From Balanoglossus misakiensis (taxonomy: Eukaryota; Animalia; Hemichordata), in the NCBI GenBank assembly GCA_040954595.2, contig CM082594.2, positions 1,506,247 to 1,570,246 of the forward strand: a DNA stretch of 64,000 nucleotides, read 5' to 3'. This document shows positions 1 to 13,654 of this stretch, piece by piece. The translations under genes and the position numbers were made by a program. Below the pieces are notes generated by a model. The model saw only the letters and a program-made list of their open reading frames with translations. It made no database searches and was not told the DNA's origin. How positions within the stretch are numbered: position 1 is the first letter of the stretch; every line of letters begins with the position of its first letter.

Positions 1-980
1 TTCTCTATAAGGCACCGTCTGATTGGTTTACTAGAGTTTTCAACGGGAGCTTCTATGGGAGTTGGTCAGATGTAGTGTGAGGCGACAGTATAAGAATACC
101 GTACTGCGAAGTAAAAGACGTCGCCGTACCCTACATCTGATTTTAATCAGATTGTATGCACACATACGCTGGTTTAGAATACTGATAAACCCTGATGAAA
201 CAATCTCAGTAAAATATATACAGATGAGAATGAGAATGCAGTTAAAGTTAAATATACATTCGTTGTATCTTTTGGCTTTATTTCCAGTATTTTTGTTCTA
301 TGTAGCAAATGCGATTTCATGTTCTACTCCATACAGATTGTTACTTGTCAGCACAGAATGTATGTGTATAATGGCCATTGTCATTGTTGACAATAATTCA
401 TAGATTCTAGTCTGGACTTAAATTCCAATTTGGCACAATAACAATGCTGACCATACACATATATGTTTCATCATGTTTCGGGAATTTGCACAAGAAACTG
501 CTAAACAAAGATACTGAAAACACAGGAAAAAGTTAAAGGTAATGGAGCTTTAATTACAATTCACACTGTACACAAAATCCATGTAAATAATCCAAATACT
601 GGATTTGTCAGCTTCAACTGATATGGGGGTCACACAAGGACCGTTAAGAAATTGCTAAAACGTCTCAGATCAAATACTGGCATAAATTATTATTGGTGAA
701 TGGTTTAAGTGGTCCTGAATCTTCTCAGATTTGAGACACGTCTCTTACCAGGTTCACACAGGGTAAAATTTGAGACACTATTAGTCTATGGTAAACACAG
801 AGCGTTAATACTTTGGGGGGGGGGGGGTTAGCTGGGCAGACCCGCCCTCCTTTATTTTTTGCCACCCTGCTATCTTACGCGCGCCCTGCTTTCTTTTCAT
901 TCCCGCCCGGGTAAATATTTATTGTTTCTGGTGCACGCTCCCGCATGCGGCTGACGTTTGAGAGAATGATATTTATTCAG

Positions 981-2054
981 TTTAGGGATGTTTTGTCGCC
1001 TTTGTAGAGAACACAAGCAGAAGGCCAAGTGCGGAGGGACTTGGGTTACAACATCTCATTGTACATGTACCACCCTTCGCGAAGACAAACACAAGCAGCA
1101 TGAAGATACGATGATCCACTGGATGGCAATGCAGCTTGACGCCGAGGCAACAATTACCGAGAACAGCAGCGGTCTTGTGGCTGCATTTGAAAAGGTCATC
1201 ACCGTTGAGACGCAAGCCTTTATGCATCGGCGTCCTACGATGCATGTATTTTCTCATGCACAGAGAATTGCCGCACACCACCAACTTCATCCATGTTTTG
1301 GAATTGGCAAAGTCCCTCGGGTGTTCATTCCTTGGTACTCTCAGCAGTGATGACCACAACTGTAATGGTTTATTGCATTGGTAAGTAGGTCTACTGATTT
1401 TTGTGCAGATCTAAATTGTAGGCAATGCAATGTAGTAACATTTATTTAAACCTGGTTGTTTTCAAGAAAGGATCACTGTTTAAGCAATAGTGTTACACTC
1501 AATAAATAATAATTACTGTACAAATTACTGTGAATTTTCATTTATTTCATTTTTCAGGCAAAGTCATCCGTGATGAGATTTTAGAGAAGATGAAGGGAAG
1601 TAACTTCTATTCACTGTTAATAGATGAAACAACTGATGTGGCTGTATTGAAGCAATTAATCATCTATTCCAAGTACATCTTGAAGTCTGGGAAGTCATTT
1701 GTGTCTTTCCTTGGAGTTAAAGAAGTAAGTGGAAAGTTTTTCAATTGTTAAGTCTACACTGAATTAAAAACATACGATTAAACATGTTTTTGAGTGACCT
1801 CATTTAATTGATTTTGCTGACTAGTTATTTCAGGTGAGACAAACATTGAGTTGTACATTGCATGTGTTAACATCAAGGTTTTATTTTCACTTTTTCAGGT
1901 TGGTGATGGCAGAGCAGACACCATTGCACAGTCAGTGAAAGAGTTTTCTTCAGAGAATGGTATTGTCTTAAGAGATTGTCTGTCTGCTTTGGGCAGTGAT
2001 GGTGCTCCTGTTATGCTAGGACAGAAAGGAGGAGTGGCTACCAAACTAAAAGAA
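981..2054 (+). pseudogene. hAT-superfamily transposase remnant (ZNF862/C17orf113-like), spliced, frameshifted and truncated
   Basis: Exons about 981-1381, 1558-1724 and 1899-2054 with AG/GT ends. They translate to a TTF-type Zn finger (MFCRLC...HEDTMIH), LRCMYFLMHRELPHTTNF, FYSLLIDETTDVAVLKQL (first catalytic D) and LGSDGAPVMLG (second D). Frameshift near 1225; no downstream exons found. Confidence 0.85.
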
Positions 2055-2144
2055 GTGAGTGAAATTTTGAGTTGTGAAGACATTGTGATTTTGTAAGTTT
2101 TTAGTTGGTGTCTTTATATCGTGACAATAATAATAGTAATAATT

Positions 2145-3314
2145 AAAGCTGCAAGCAGCATTGAAGGGGCCAAAGCATAGAGATAATAACCATTAGACTC
2201 CATTCAGGGTTGTACCATTCAAATGCGTAGGCTGTATTTGCTCTGGATGTGGAGATATGGGGAAGTAGGCAACCACCCGAAATGGATGTCCTACAAGTAC
2301 AAACACAACAACCAAAAGTGAACTTCTACGTTATGTAAGGACTTCAGTTAAGTACTTCAAAGGTCAGCTGAAGGTACCCAAAAATTGGGCCAAAAATTTG
2401 GATTCCTATTTGGTTCATATTCAAGACAACGGAAAATTCTCGCCCTTTGGGTTTTTAAAATTAGGTATGGCCATAATAATGAGTTACGCAAGTAAGTTAC
2501 AGGTGGCCCTAGGAATTTAGCATTTCATGACGGTCCTACCCTACCCCTCCAAACACCTGGCTATATATGCTGTGCGTGCTAACATATGGAAAGCAGGTCA
2601 ATGGACACCTGAGGTCACCTAAAAATTTGACAAAAAAATTTCATTCCTGTTAATGTCATGTGCAACAAATCCTACATTTGCAGCCCTTTCACTTTGCCTA
2701 ACATTAGGTATGCACGTAATACATGAATCAAGCAGGTGTCACAGGTATCCCCCTGTATTTGACATTTCATGATAGTTTCATCCCTGCAAATACCAAAGCT
2801 GCACCTGTACAACGGGCTGAGATATGGCACTGTATGACAGAGGTCATCCAAATCACCTTATACATTTGGGCAAAAACGTAATGACGGTCATAATGACGGT
2901 CAAAGTCCGATGCCCCAGTGTCCGTCCTCAGCCCACCAAAAAATGCGAAAAAATATTACAAAAATCTTCTTCTCAAAATCGGCGTGGCCTAGGACCTTGA
3001 AATTTGGCACAGGGGATTTTGGCCACATGGTCTACAAAAATCGCGAAAAGAATGTACATGCCCCCATTAACGTGCAAATTAGGTCAATTTGAAAATTTCG
3101 CTCGATTATAGCCACAAAGTCACGTGACTAATTACAAATTCAAAGGGCAGGTGCACCAGTACTCATGGACCCCAACCACCGTGCCAAATTTGGAAGGCGC
3201 ACCTGCCGGAATTTCAGAGAAAAACGGGTGCAAAAAAACGACTCAAGAAGAAAGAAGACAAACTCCAGCAATAACAGAAGGGGACCAAGCGCCTGAGGGC
3301 GCTTGGTCCCCTAA
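2145..3314 (-). mobile_element. Non-autonomous Helentron/Helitron2-like element
   Basis: On the minus strand: 5' hairpin GGGGACCAAGCGC-cctcag-GCGCTTGGTCCCC, matching asymmetric sub-TIR GCTTTGGCCCC near the other end, then a short 3' hairpin GCTGCTTGCAGC followed by TTT. No coding capacity. Confidence 0.65.
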
Positions 3315-4401
3315 ATATGGGACTAAACTTGACAGATACCCAGAATATTTTCCTATTCAGGATACCTGGTTGCATTTCCACCTAAAGGCGTCCTATTGGC
3401 GTGGAAATTTTATAACTTGAAATCGTTTGACTAGGTGATAGGTATTAATATCTTATGATGTTATAAAACACTTGACTCGCCGAAGGTATGGACCGATTAT
3501 AGCGTCGGTCGTGTCATAAAATCTATATGAACGTCATGGGTCAATAAACTTGATGGTCCAATAAAATTTAATGGTTCGTAAAAATGTTGTGTCCAATGTC
3601 TGCAGAGTATACTGGCTGCAACATGTGTATGAGTCAGGATTAACGGCTGTAGCCATCAACCTTCGTTAAACCTAAAAGGTGAACGTCCTATTCTCACTAA
3701 CTTAAATAGGTTTTGCGACCAAGTTGAGTGATAAAAACCTTATGATAAAGTCGACACAATTTCAAGATGACGATGTGCAAATGAGAGTTCATAAGCTAAA
3801 GTAAAGTTCAATGAATTCTATATTTGAACTACAAAGTTCAAGAAAGATTTTTTACTAAAGGAAGACATGAAAAAACTGATATCGTCTCTTCATATTCGTA
3901 CATGTCCAACTGTTGTGATTTGACCCCCCCCCCCCCAGGATATGGTACATGAACCTATTACTTAGTACACACTTAAACAATTGGCATTTGAAGTGCCTTG
4001 CTTGACAGTGTTTAATGCCATCTTGTGGTGGTCAGTCGCGTTTATCTTTCGCCACTTCATGCATCATGTCGCCTTAAAGGGACAAACTCTCTCTCTCGTC
4101 GCCCTTTTCCATTAATTATGTTTGATACAAGACACCGTTTATATTAATGGGCATGTGTATATGTAGTGAATGAACGTTCAACCACACACAACTTCCATCC
4201 TGCTTGTATGATATGAGAGTAAAAACTCGCCCAAAATGAATAAATGGTAGAGACCGATTTTTCAGTTTGGCGAGTTTTCGCTCTCGTGTCTACATGCGGG
4301 ATGGAAGGTGTGTGCGGTTGAACGTTGCATCACTATATATCCACATTTACATTAACATAAGCAGTGTTTTGTATCAAACATGGAAAAGGGCAGCGAGTTA
4401 A

Positions 4402-4777
4402 GGATGTACGATCAGTAAAATTGAAAGCATTGTCATTTCTTTTAATCGTGGATTTTCGTTTCTGATTTGTATGTATAATGAAAATCCATTTTGGGTACTT
4501 GTTTTCGACTTTAAACAAGGCCGTGAATTTAGTCGATAATTGAAGAAAACTGCTGACGGTCAGCATTTTCTACCAATGGTTTGTCTATGGATACAATATT
4601 GAACAAAGTTTATCTCAAAATAGAGCGTGGTGAATTTATTTTGATTTGTCGGAGCTATGTGTAAAATTTCATGAAAATGACAATAGTAGAAGTGAGTTTT
4701 CTAGCTATTCTCCATGTACTCCTATGGGAAGAGACACAGGCGCACAGTTTACCAGTTGACGTTCTGCGCGTACATCA
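4402..4777. mobile_element. MITE family with GGATGTACG ends (related copies at about 49554-49715, 53660-54035, 59850-59950)
   Basis: TTAA-GGATGTACG...CGTACATC ends; shared interior between copies. Confidence 0.55.
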
Positions 4778-4818
4778 TTGAGTGTACTGGCAGCTAACTT
4801 ATTGTTTTTTTGTCACAG

Positions 4819-5660
4819 CAATTGGATCTTGGAGCACTGTTTGGAACACCCTTTGTGAAATATGAATGTCCAGAAGGTAAGTTGAATTGACCCTAGCCCT
4901 TTCACCAACATGGTTCAGTCCAAACCAATTGTTTTCTATGGTAATGTTGGACCTCTAAAGAGGAAACGGGGGGGGGGGGGGGGTGATGAAAGGTTTAAGA
5001 CTTACAGATCACAACTTAAAGAGCCATTCAGAAAGAGGCTTAGAGTGGAGTTTCAAATCGGACGATACCACTGACTGGTGGAGGAAGAAAAAATAAGCAA
5101 ACTGAGTAGATGAGTGCTCAGATTTCTTCAGAGGACCAAACGTTTCAAAGAATTAAACGTGACAATCCATGCCTGGTCCGTCAGTAGATATAAACAGAAC
5201 ATTGTGGCTGTATTCATTAAAGGGACAAAGTCTCTCTCTCGCTGCCCTTTTTCCATTAATTATGTTTGATACAAGACTGCGTTTATATTATTCTACATGT
5301 GGATATAGTGAATCAACGTTCAACCATACACACCTTCCACTCCGCTTGTATAGACACGAGAGTTTTAAAAAGTCGCCAAAATGAATAAACGGTCTCTACC
5401 ATTTATTCATTTCGGGCGAGTTTTTACTCTCGTATCATACAAGAGGGATGGAAGTTGTGTGTGGTTGAACGTTCATTCACTAACATAAACGGTGTCTTGT
5501 ATCATGTCCCTTTAACACTTTTGAAGCATTTTACTAATGCTAACATGACTAGACCAATTGAATGATGTTACATTGCAGGTTATCAACTCAGAGGGGCGTC
5601 TTGTTATAAAGCGGTACCTGACAAACAATCAGCTGGCAACGCTGAAAATACCTGTCAGTC
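4819..5660 (+). CDS. Host gene exons 4819-4876 and 5579-5660: start of C-type lectin domain
   Basis: QLDLGALFGTPFVKYECPEG|YQLRGASCYKAVPDKQSAGNAENTCQS. The phase-2 donor at 5660 matches the phase-2 acceptor at 36718. Confidence 0.8.
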
Positions 5661-5861
5661 GTAAGTATGAAAGTATACATCATTTGAGTAGAATTTTACG
5701 GGAAATCCTAACAAGGCTTGGTCATGTCACGCACAAATACAAAGGGCGCATACACAAAAAGACAAAACCTCGCTCAGTGTGAGGTGTTCAGCGATTGCAT
5801 CTGATAAGTCGAAAATGCTTGATCACGTGTCATGTTCAGTTGGGAAATTGGATATGTCTTA

Positions 5862-6118
5862 GGCCAAAAAACTAATATGTGCTATTTCGATTACATGGTT
5901 TTCAAAAATAGTGTAGGTAGAAAGGGACATTTTTTTATTTTTCAATTTTTTATATCTTTGGCCATCGTAGTGTAGAAGAATGAGATCATAGTTCTTGCGT
6001 GATTCTCGCAATTTTCATGAATTGTTGTATATTTGACATCGTTATTTTTACTTCCGGTTTACGAAGATCTAAACTGTTTTGGGTCGGCGGGCTAAAATTA
6101 GGGTAGTTCGGGTAATCG
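5862..6118. mobile_element. Truncated GGCCAAAAAA-type MITE (related copy at 60364-60650; similar family at 50091-50396)
   Basis: Reverse-complement match to 60390-60630; TTA-GGCCAAAAAA terminus. Confidence 0.6.
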
Positions 6119-9044
6119 TTATGACATTGGGACCTACGGCTGCAAAGCCATGTGTCTCGTGCGAAAAGGGCCCTTAACCTTTTGCAATATTTAACAGCAA
6201 ACAACAGACAGTTTTGAGAATAAAAAGTTTCCGTCTTGTCTGACGTTCATATGGCATTAATAGCATATCCCTAATTTTAAAGAAATTAGGAGAGACAGAG
6301 TGAAACAGGCAGAGTGGCAGACAGACACAGGCAGACAGACAGAGCGACAGTCATCAGTAGAGACACTCATCGGTCGCTCGCTCGCTCGCTCACTCTCTCT
6401 CTCAGAGAGAGGGGCAGACAGACAGACGTTGACAGACAGTCAGTAAGTCAGTCAGCCAGTTAATCAGTCAGTCAGACGTCAAAGACACAGTGACACAAAC
6501 ACAGCGAGGGAGACAACAGGACCTTTTATGCTTAAACCCCTGTTCTTCTGTTATAAACTTTGAAAACCGTTCGTTTTCAGACAGCAGATTGCTCGAATAA
6601 CGCGACACACTGCCGAAACAATAAAACAAATACTAGTGGGAGCTCATAAAAGAAAATCGCTCAACCATTCCGTCGTCCTGAGTGACCTCAGCCACATTAA
6701 TTTCGGCGTCTTTTTAGGGTCATGAAAAAAGTCACAAGTAAGGTATTTCCCTTGGGTCCACCTGAAGCAAAAAGTTTTCGTTTCGACTCCATCATTCCGA
6801 ATAGTAAAAAAGCAACAAAATTGAAAAGACAGATGTAAAATGCACTCTCTCTCACGTGGACGTTTGTAACCATGGCAATCATGGTACGTATACAGTACAC
6901 AGACAGGGAGAAATATTTCTTCATGCATGTGTTCAGTAAGGTTTGACCTTGGTTTTACTTTGTACCATGATGGCAGCTTTCTAAGCATGGATGAACGACG
7001 GCGGTCAGACCCAATCGAACCCTTTCATGTCAGATGACCACGGTATCTCCACTGTGAGATGACATTTGACAAACCATTTGATTTCAACAAAATCTTTGCG
7101 TCGTCAACGCGTCGCATACCAGTCGCATATCGGTATTTACCCAATCATAAAAGTTGGAAATTCGGGAGACTCGATCTGCAACCAAGTTGAGAGTAAATTT
7201 TGACGTTTGACTATTGGCAAGTAAACAGGTTACACAATGACTTGTCGGTTTTTCCTCCGTCATGGTCGTTCTTGACCCAAGTGTCCTTCCTTGACATTTA
7301 GACACACCTTGCGGTATGACCTTGGTGGTCATATGCAATTAGTTTTCTTGTATAAGAAGCTTTTCGTGCCGGGGTAGACGACTTGTGCGTGGATCATCAA
7401 CATTTCAGTGATATTTCAACGCAAAGTTTTAGCAATATTGAGAAAACAGGTAGTGAGGTGTCAAATGCATATCAATGTACGATAATTAGGTCAAGCCACC
7501 CGACAGCAACCGCTCTCACACAGTGTCGGACGTTGCACGGAATGTGAAACGTTACACTGCTTCGGCCGTTCACATACACCTGGGCGTGGTTTTGATTGAT
7601 GGTCAAACGCCCCCATCGATCACTTCCGCTCAATCGCTTCTTTTCTTACTTAAGGCGTTTTCAATGGTAAATGTGTCGTATTGATCGAAACCTTGCCGTA
7701 AACACATTTTTTTGCTGAATCAACATTCAGAGTTCAGCCGTCTAGTTAACGAAGTATTGAAATAAGCCACTTGTTCATCATTTTTTGTCTGTCAAACGTG
7801 TTTATTCGGACAGGGACCGGCCGCCAATGAGTGGTTTAGGGAACCCACACGTACACTCTGGTACCTGGACAATTAACATAGACATGTCGTGTGTACCGTC
7901 CGGTTCGAAAAGATTGGTTTAAGGTAGTCCTGGTAACAGTCATCCTAACGAGGCCAGGGGAGGTCTCCAAGGGCGAAATAAACATAGTTACTGACGATGA
8001 GTCGTGTTCGAATCGGACGATGCTTGTTCATAAAAAGCACAGACATAAAGCTTCGACGTTTTTAGTCTGTGTAGTAAAGATACGACTAATCAGCCTATAG
8101 TGTAACCGTAGACCCTGGAGAAATACCAGAGCACAGCACAATGCAGCAAATGGAGTGAAACAAGAACAAAGCTTAGTCTCTGCCGCAAACAACGCTAAAT
8201 CACATATTGACACTCCAAATAGAAGCAAGACAGCCGGGGGGGGGGGGGGCACAGTTGTAGATCGCGGTTTTGACTCGCCCCTTCCACATCCTGTAGATGT
8301 TAGTGCGTCCAAGACATTTTTGATAAAATATAGACTTTTGACCTTTGTTTTTAGCTCGAGTGTGGCCTAAGTATATCACCGTTCCCACGAAAAATTTCTG
8401 ACTTCTTCAAAACGTTGTACTGTACTTCTGTGTAATTCGAACTCTAATACAAGTGACAGTATCAGAGGACAGATTTGGCACAGGCAACATTTCGTATAAA
8501 CAAACCACAGAGAAAACGTCAAAAGGGAGCGATTTATAAAATGATCAATTCCACGAGTTTGCAAATTAAAGTTAAAGAGATACAGTTTCATTGGATGGAT
8601 CACTATCCTAGAGCGGTCTGGAAGCATGGGTGGATTTTTACCTGGTGTCTGTTTACCTGGTAAAAATAGGTTATTGTTCTCCCCTGCTTTTCATAGCGGA
8701 TTTTTTAACACGTCTCCTCGAGATCAAACATTAATGAACGATTAAAAGCGCTTCGTATACTTTTTGTGGGTCGAGTTGTGTTTTTCGTTTTATTTGGTCA
8801 TTAATTCGATCAGAATGTTTATTGTTGTATTGTAAAAAGCTTGGATTTTATGTTTCAGTTATGCAGAGTGCTTAAGTATGCTCGACTTGCGTGGCAATTC
8901 TGCAAAGATATTTGGAGCATTCTTTGGAATTTAATTGATTTGGACATGAGTTTGTTGTTTGGTTGGTCATGGAACAACACGTGACATTGTCTGCATGGTA
9001 TTCTTTAGGGTGTTCCAATTCTGTAAATGACATGAGGTGGTTAA

Positions 9045-9184
9045 AGGTATACACTTACATAGGCCCACATATGGCTGAGATGAGAAAATATGGCGGCGCT
9101 CTTTTTTCGCGTGTGCCACCCACATAAAATCTGTGATTGGCTAGATCTCAATTTGCCATGGTAACTATAGGTGACCGTATACCT
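9045..9184. mobile_element. Short Kolobok-like MITE
   Basis: TTAA|AGGTATAC...GTATACCT|TTAA. Confidence 0.55.
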
Positions 9185-9207
9185 TTAATTGCCTGTTGGT
9201 ACTATTA

Positions 9208-9850
9208 GGGACCGTTCAGTTTTTACGGCCGGGGGGGGGGGGGCGGCAAGTTTGTGTCATCGGTTTTCAAAATCAGGCTGACCCCCCCCCCCCTTCACCC
9301 AGGAGCAAAAATGATGAAGTTGCATTTTAATGAACTCAAAAGCATATTATCTCAATGTTTGGGAGGACCAATTTACTTTGTGCCACTCCACTCAAAGTTA
9401 GAAGATTTGGCGTCATCTTCGTGATGACATCATTTATAAAACTTCTAGTATATAGAAGATGCGGCGCGAAACTATCAGTTATGTGAAATGGTTTAAACTA
9501 TTTTTCTCCTTTATGTATTTACTTTGTTAAATATTATCATCGGTTGGTTTGGGGTGGCAAGAAGTCTGCTCTGGTATACTAGACAAACCAGCCCAAAATG
9601 AAATGTGGCGGAGAATGAAGGGGGTGCGCGTGGGAGAGGGTGTCCCTCTCCCACATTAGAAAATTTTGTAAAATAAAGGGCGCGAAACTGCAATTTTGTG
9701 GACTCAAAAGCAAATGTTCGGTGGCAAAAGTATGTGACACCCCCCTAAACGTTTAAAAAAAACAGATGACCCCCCTTTTGGACTTCAAAATGTAAGTGAC
9801 CCCCCCCCCTGGATTTTGCCGGCCCCCGGCCGTAAAACCTGAACGGTCCC
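9208..9850. mobile_element. Harbinger-like MITE
   Basis: TIR GGGACCGTTCAG..TTTTACGGCCGGGGG; TTA/TAA flanks; subterminal TGACCCCCC repeats. Confidence 0.75.
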
Positions 9851-12269
9851 TAAACAGCACTCCTCCCGTGTCTAGTGAAACATCATTTTTGGGTATCTGG
9901 ATTTCGTGTTCATTATTGCGTGACTGATACGGCGGGTATCGATTGGAATATGCCCTATCGTTAAAATAGAAGTTCATTCTTGTCGGGCGACCCAGGAAGG
10001 CATAAGCTTGACGTGCCTAAACTTTGTCGGACATTGGTCCGACCATCACGGCTGCAAATTGGTTCAAGTTCGGTGTAGCCTGCTCCAATAGAAATGGCGA
10101 AATTATTAAGTATAAGGTAACAACCCGAATGTGCCACTTTTTCAATCACAACATCCCTATAAAACCACAGTAAGTGATAAAACAAAAGCTTAGGTCGACT
10201 TTTCATCAGCTGGAAAAACACACAACTATTAAATGGGTAGAAAATATAGGAAATGTCCTTATGCGTATGAAAAGCAAAGAATGAGACAGGGTCAATGAAG
10301 CCAAACTCGTGTCTTCGTGCACACGAAGACGCCCGAGCCGTTCATCATCATGGTATTCCTCTGGGAATCTCTTGGCAACTGCATCGCGTGTACCGAGTCA
10401 GAACATGTAAATACTGACTTCTGCCATAGACGTACCAGGTGCTTCGACGAGTTAGCCTTTGGCATTGTGGTTTTTGGCTTTTCTAGTAAAGCCGAAGGCC
10501 AAAACCAAGGACCGTGACTAAACTGAAAAGCCCCCCCCCCCCCCCAATCCCCCCCCGCCCTCTCCAGTTTTTGTAGTAGAAATGTTCTTCATGCCTATCC
10601 CAATTCCTGATTCCCGAATAGTAGAACTCTCGCGAGAGTTCATATCTGAGCATGCGCAATGGCCTTAGCAACCGCGCAAGGTCAGATAGTATGTGCGCGC
10701 GTCAGAGAGAACCTGCCTTCCTACCATGTGAGCAGAGCTGTGATGGATCCCAGGGGAGGCAGATCACATGTGCATTCGTAGTCTGCGCGTTCGCACTATT
10801 TCATGCAAAATACAGCCTCCAGTTCTTAAAATTACTACACGGAAATGTTATTTCGTTGTGTCTAAAGAATTTAAAAACCATTATTTGCGGAAATTTCACA
10901 GTTAGTGCAAGAGAGAGTGACAGATAGTCACGTAGTTCCGCATTCCAACGCATGCACTCTTCTTTCGACGTTCGCACTATGCTAACGTCTTATTTACTGT
11001 AACATACGACGTGCAGATGTGAAATTACTTCATGAAAATCGACCTGGGTAAATATAACCTAGATTTCAAAAATATCGTTGTGAATGTGATGCACATTAAA
11101 CGTCGGAAAAACGCGCGATCTTTCTCAATTTGGGGCACCTATGGAGGCATACTGGATCGGGAAATTGACTCGAAATACTATAGTATACTGTATAAAGTAG
11201 CATTCAGTTTACTGCGTTCTTTACACGATTTATCATGACAAGACAGTTGGTCCATCGTATCAGTGGTATACGATGTCCGAAGTGAGCGACCGACCGCAAG
11301 GTAGGACAAACGATTGCGTAAGATATCGAACAATGGCGTTGACGTCAGGCAAAAAGTCGGTCGCTGAATTGAAAAAATATTTGAGGGATCGGGGGGGTGA
11401 ACGCGTACAAATACAGGAAGCACGAGTTAGAAGAACTGTGCAAGACGGCATCTGAGAGACGGCTACCACTTGAAAGAGAAGAATTTTGTCGGGAGAGCGA
11501 TTTGAAAAGGAGAAGGTTTGTAGTTTTTCTTTTTTGTGTGTTAAAATTTGTCGTCAACTTTTGCCTTTGGCCAGTTATAATAAAAATTATTTTTTTTTTT
11601 TACAAGATTTCAAATTTATCATTTTAAGAAGTTGTAGAATTTATATTTGGGGGTTTAATTCACTGAAATGTCCCTTAAGTGAAGGTTTTACGACGAAAAT
11701 CTAGCACATTTTAATCGATGTTTGACAAAAAATCGCGCCCTGGGGCGCAATGCTTTGTTCTTATGTGTGTTCGAAGACAAACGCTGACGCGTCGATTCGA
11801 TTTTCTATGACATGCGTTGATTTCTCAAGGTTGCCCGATTACTCCGTTTTATTCACACGTCTCGGGGAGGAAAGTGCAGATAATATTACGAAAATATTCC
11901 CTTTACAGTATCCACAATATCGTTTTTGCCATTCCAGTTTCCTAGTGTAAACCAGGTCCCGGAACAGTAGGGCCGCGGCAAAATTTTCACCTCCCTCCCT
12001 TGATCACTTCGACACTTTTTATTGAAGGCCTAGGCCCTAATTACTTTTTATTGTGACACTGATTATGCAATGAAAATTATACAGTCAGTTTTGATTCTTA
12101 TTTGTGAGATTTTTTTATTAGTTTAGGACTGATAAAATGCATTTGGGGTTTCTCTGCGTAATGACTGTTGTCTGAGCTCCTGCTGGTCAAACGGTCACAG
12201 CAAATCGAACGGACGAGAACAGTCGTTGAGTGTTACTGCGCTTGAACGAGTTTTCGCTTCCTGTCTAGC

Positions 12270-13307
12270 CACGGGCGTCATGGGACAATAAAGTGTATAG
12301 ATATTAATAAACTTAGCATAAACGCGACGTCCTCAACGAACAAAGAATACGATATTTCGTGGGTTTGTTTGGTGTGGACGAGAACGGCAATAAAGCTGGG
12401 TCAGTGTTAACTTTATGTGCAAAACCACACTGTACGCGTACCTCTATAGGGGATAGGCGATGTCTACGCATGCGTGCGCGCCCGCAACTGATCTGCTCTA
12501 CGCACGGGCGTCATGGAACAATAAAGTGTATAGATATTAATAAACTTATCATAAACGCGACGTCCTAAATGAACAAAGAATAAAATATTTCATGGGTTTG
12601 TTTGGTGTGGACGAGAAATGCACTAAAGGTAGGTCAGTGTTAACTTTATGTGCAAAACCACACCGTACGCGTACCTCTATAGGGGATAGGCACCGTGTGT
12701 ACACGATCTCCTCTTGAGCAGTAAAGGCGATGTCTACGCGTGCGTGCGCGCCCGCAACTGATCTGTGTACGTGAGTACACATATATCGCCATGGAACAAT
12801 AAAGTGTATAGATATTAATAAACTTATCATAAACGCGACGTCCTCAATGAACAAAGAATAAAATATTTCATGGGTTTGTTTGGTGTGGACGAGAAATGCA
12901 CTAAAGCTAGGTCAGTGTTAACTTTATGTGCAAAACCACACCGTACGCGTATCTAATAGGGGATAGGCACCGTGTGTACATGTATACGATCTCGTCTTGA
13001 GCAGTAAAGGCGATGTCTACGCATGCGTGCGCGCCCGCAACTGATCTGTGTACGTGAGTACACATATATACAGGGTATGAAACGAATTTTCAGCCCACTG
13101 CCATTTGGCAACTATTACGAAGAGAATCGCTACCAAATCAGAGTATGCGTTTTAGATGACAGAGAAACCTAATGTCTGGCTCTTCATGTTTCAAAAGTCG
13201 GTCGAACATTCGAGATATTATCGATCGAAAAGTGTCACTCGTCCTGGGGACGTGCGTTACCGACGTAAAATGGCGTTTGGGCGATGTCGCAAATTTCGCC
13301 ATGAAAG
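12270..13307. mobile_element. Three tandem right-end segments of a P-element-like non-autonomous family (units start 12270, 12503, 12787), running into a hAT-like end CAGGGTATGAAAC at 13071
   Basis: TIR CACGGGCGTCATGGAACAATAAAGTGTAT; sequence is the reverse complement of 28150-28470 plus 32911-33096. Confidence 0.75.
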
Positions 13308-13537
13308 TGATAAGGGTACGATTATAAACATTGGACTTGTTGAAAGGACTTGACCCCTGACCTCGCGTGTTCAGGCGCCCTCTTGAGTCGGGCGGAATTA
13401 TTGCTTTTGTGTGTGGTGTTTTGGGGCGAGTTCCCTTGTGTACATGTTGACGTTACGAGTTCCCGTTTTCCAGAATATACTGACTGAAACGATACCGTTG
13501 GCTGGTGTGTGCTTTCCTATAATTTCCCCCCTTAACA
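13308..13537 (+). repeat. 5' LTR (230 bp)
   Basis: Starts TGATAAGGG exactly where the P-like repeat breaks off, ends CCCTTAACA (imperfect inverted termini), immediately followed by the PBS. No second LTR to confirm. Confidence 0.8.
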
Positions 13538-13538
13538 T

Positions 13539-13556
13539 TGGTGGCAGCGGTGGGAT
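13539..13556 (+). promoter_or_regulatory. Primer binding site, tRNA-Leu type
   Basis: TGGTGGCAGCGGTGGGAT is complementary to the 3' end ATCCCACCGCTGCCACCA of animal tRNA-Leu(AAG/UAG). Confidence 0.85.
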
Positions 13557-13654
13557 AGTGCTGTGACTGGAAGGGCCGTTACTTCTTTGTTGGGACTGTA
13601 CCAGACTGATCGACATTACCCGCGGTTCAGAAGAAGTGTAGCATTCAACACAAA

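Noticed and set aside
3930-4070. Signal-peptide first exon of the host gene
   Set aside because: No open frame with a convincing start, hydrophobic core and donor site could be assembled.
12270-13070. CRISPR-like or guide array
   Set aside because: Units are long whole-sequence duplications of a transposon end with no unique spacers.
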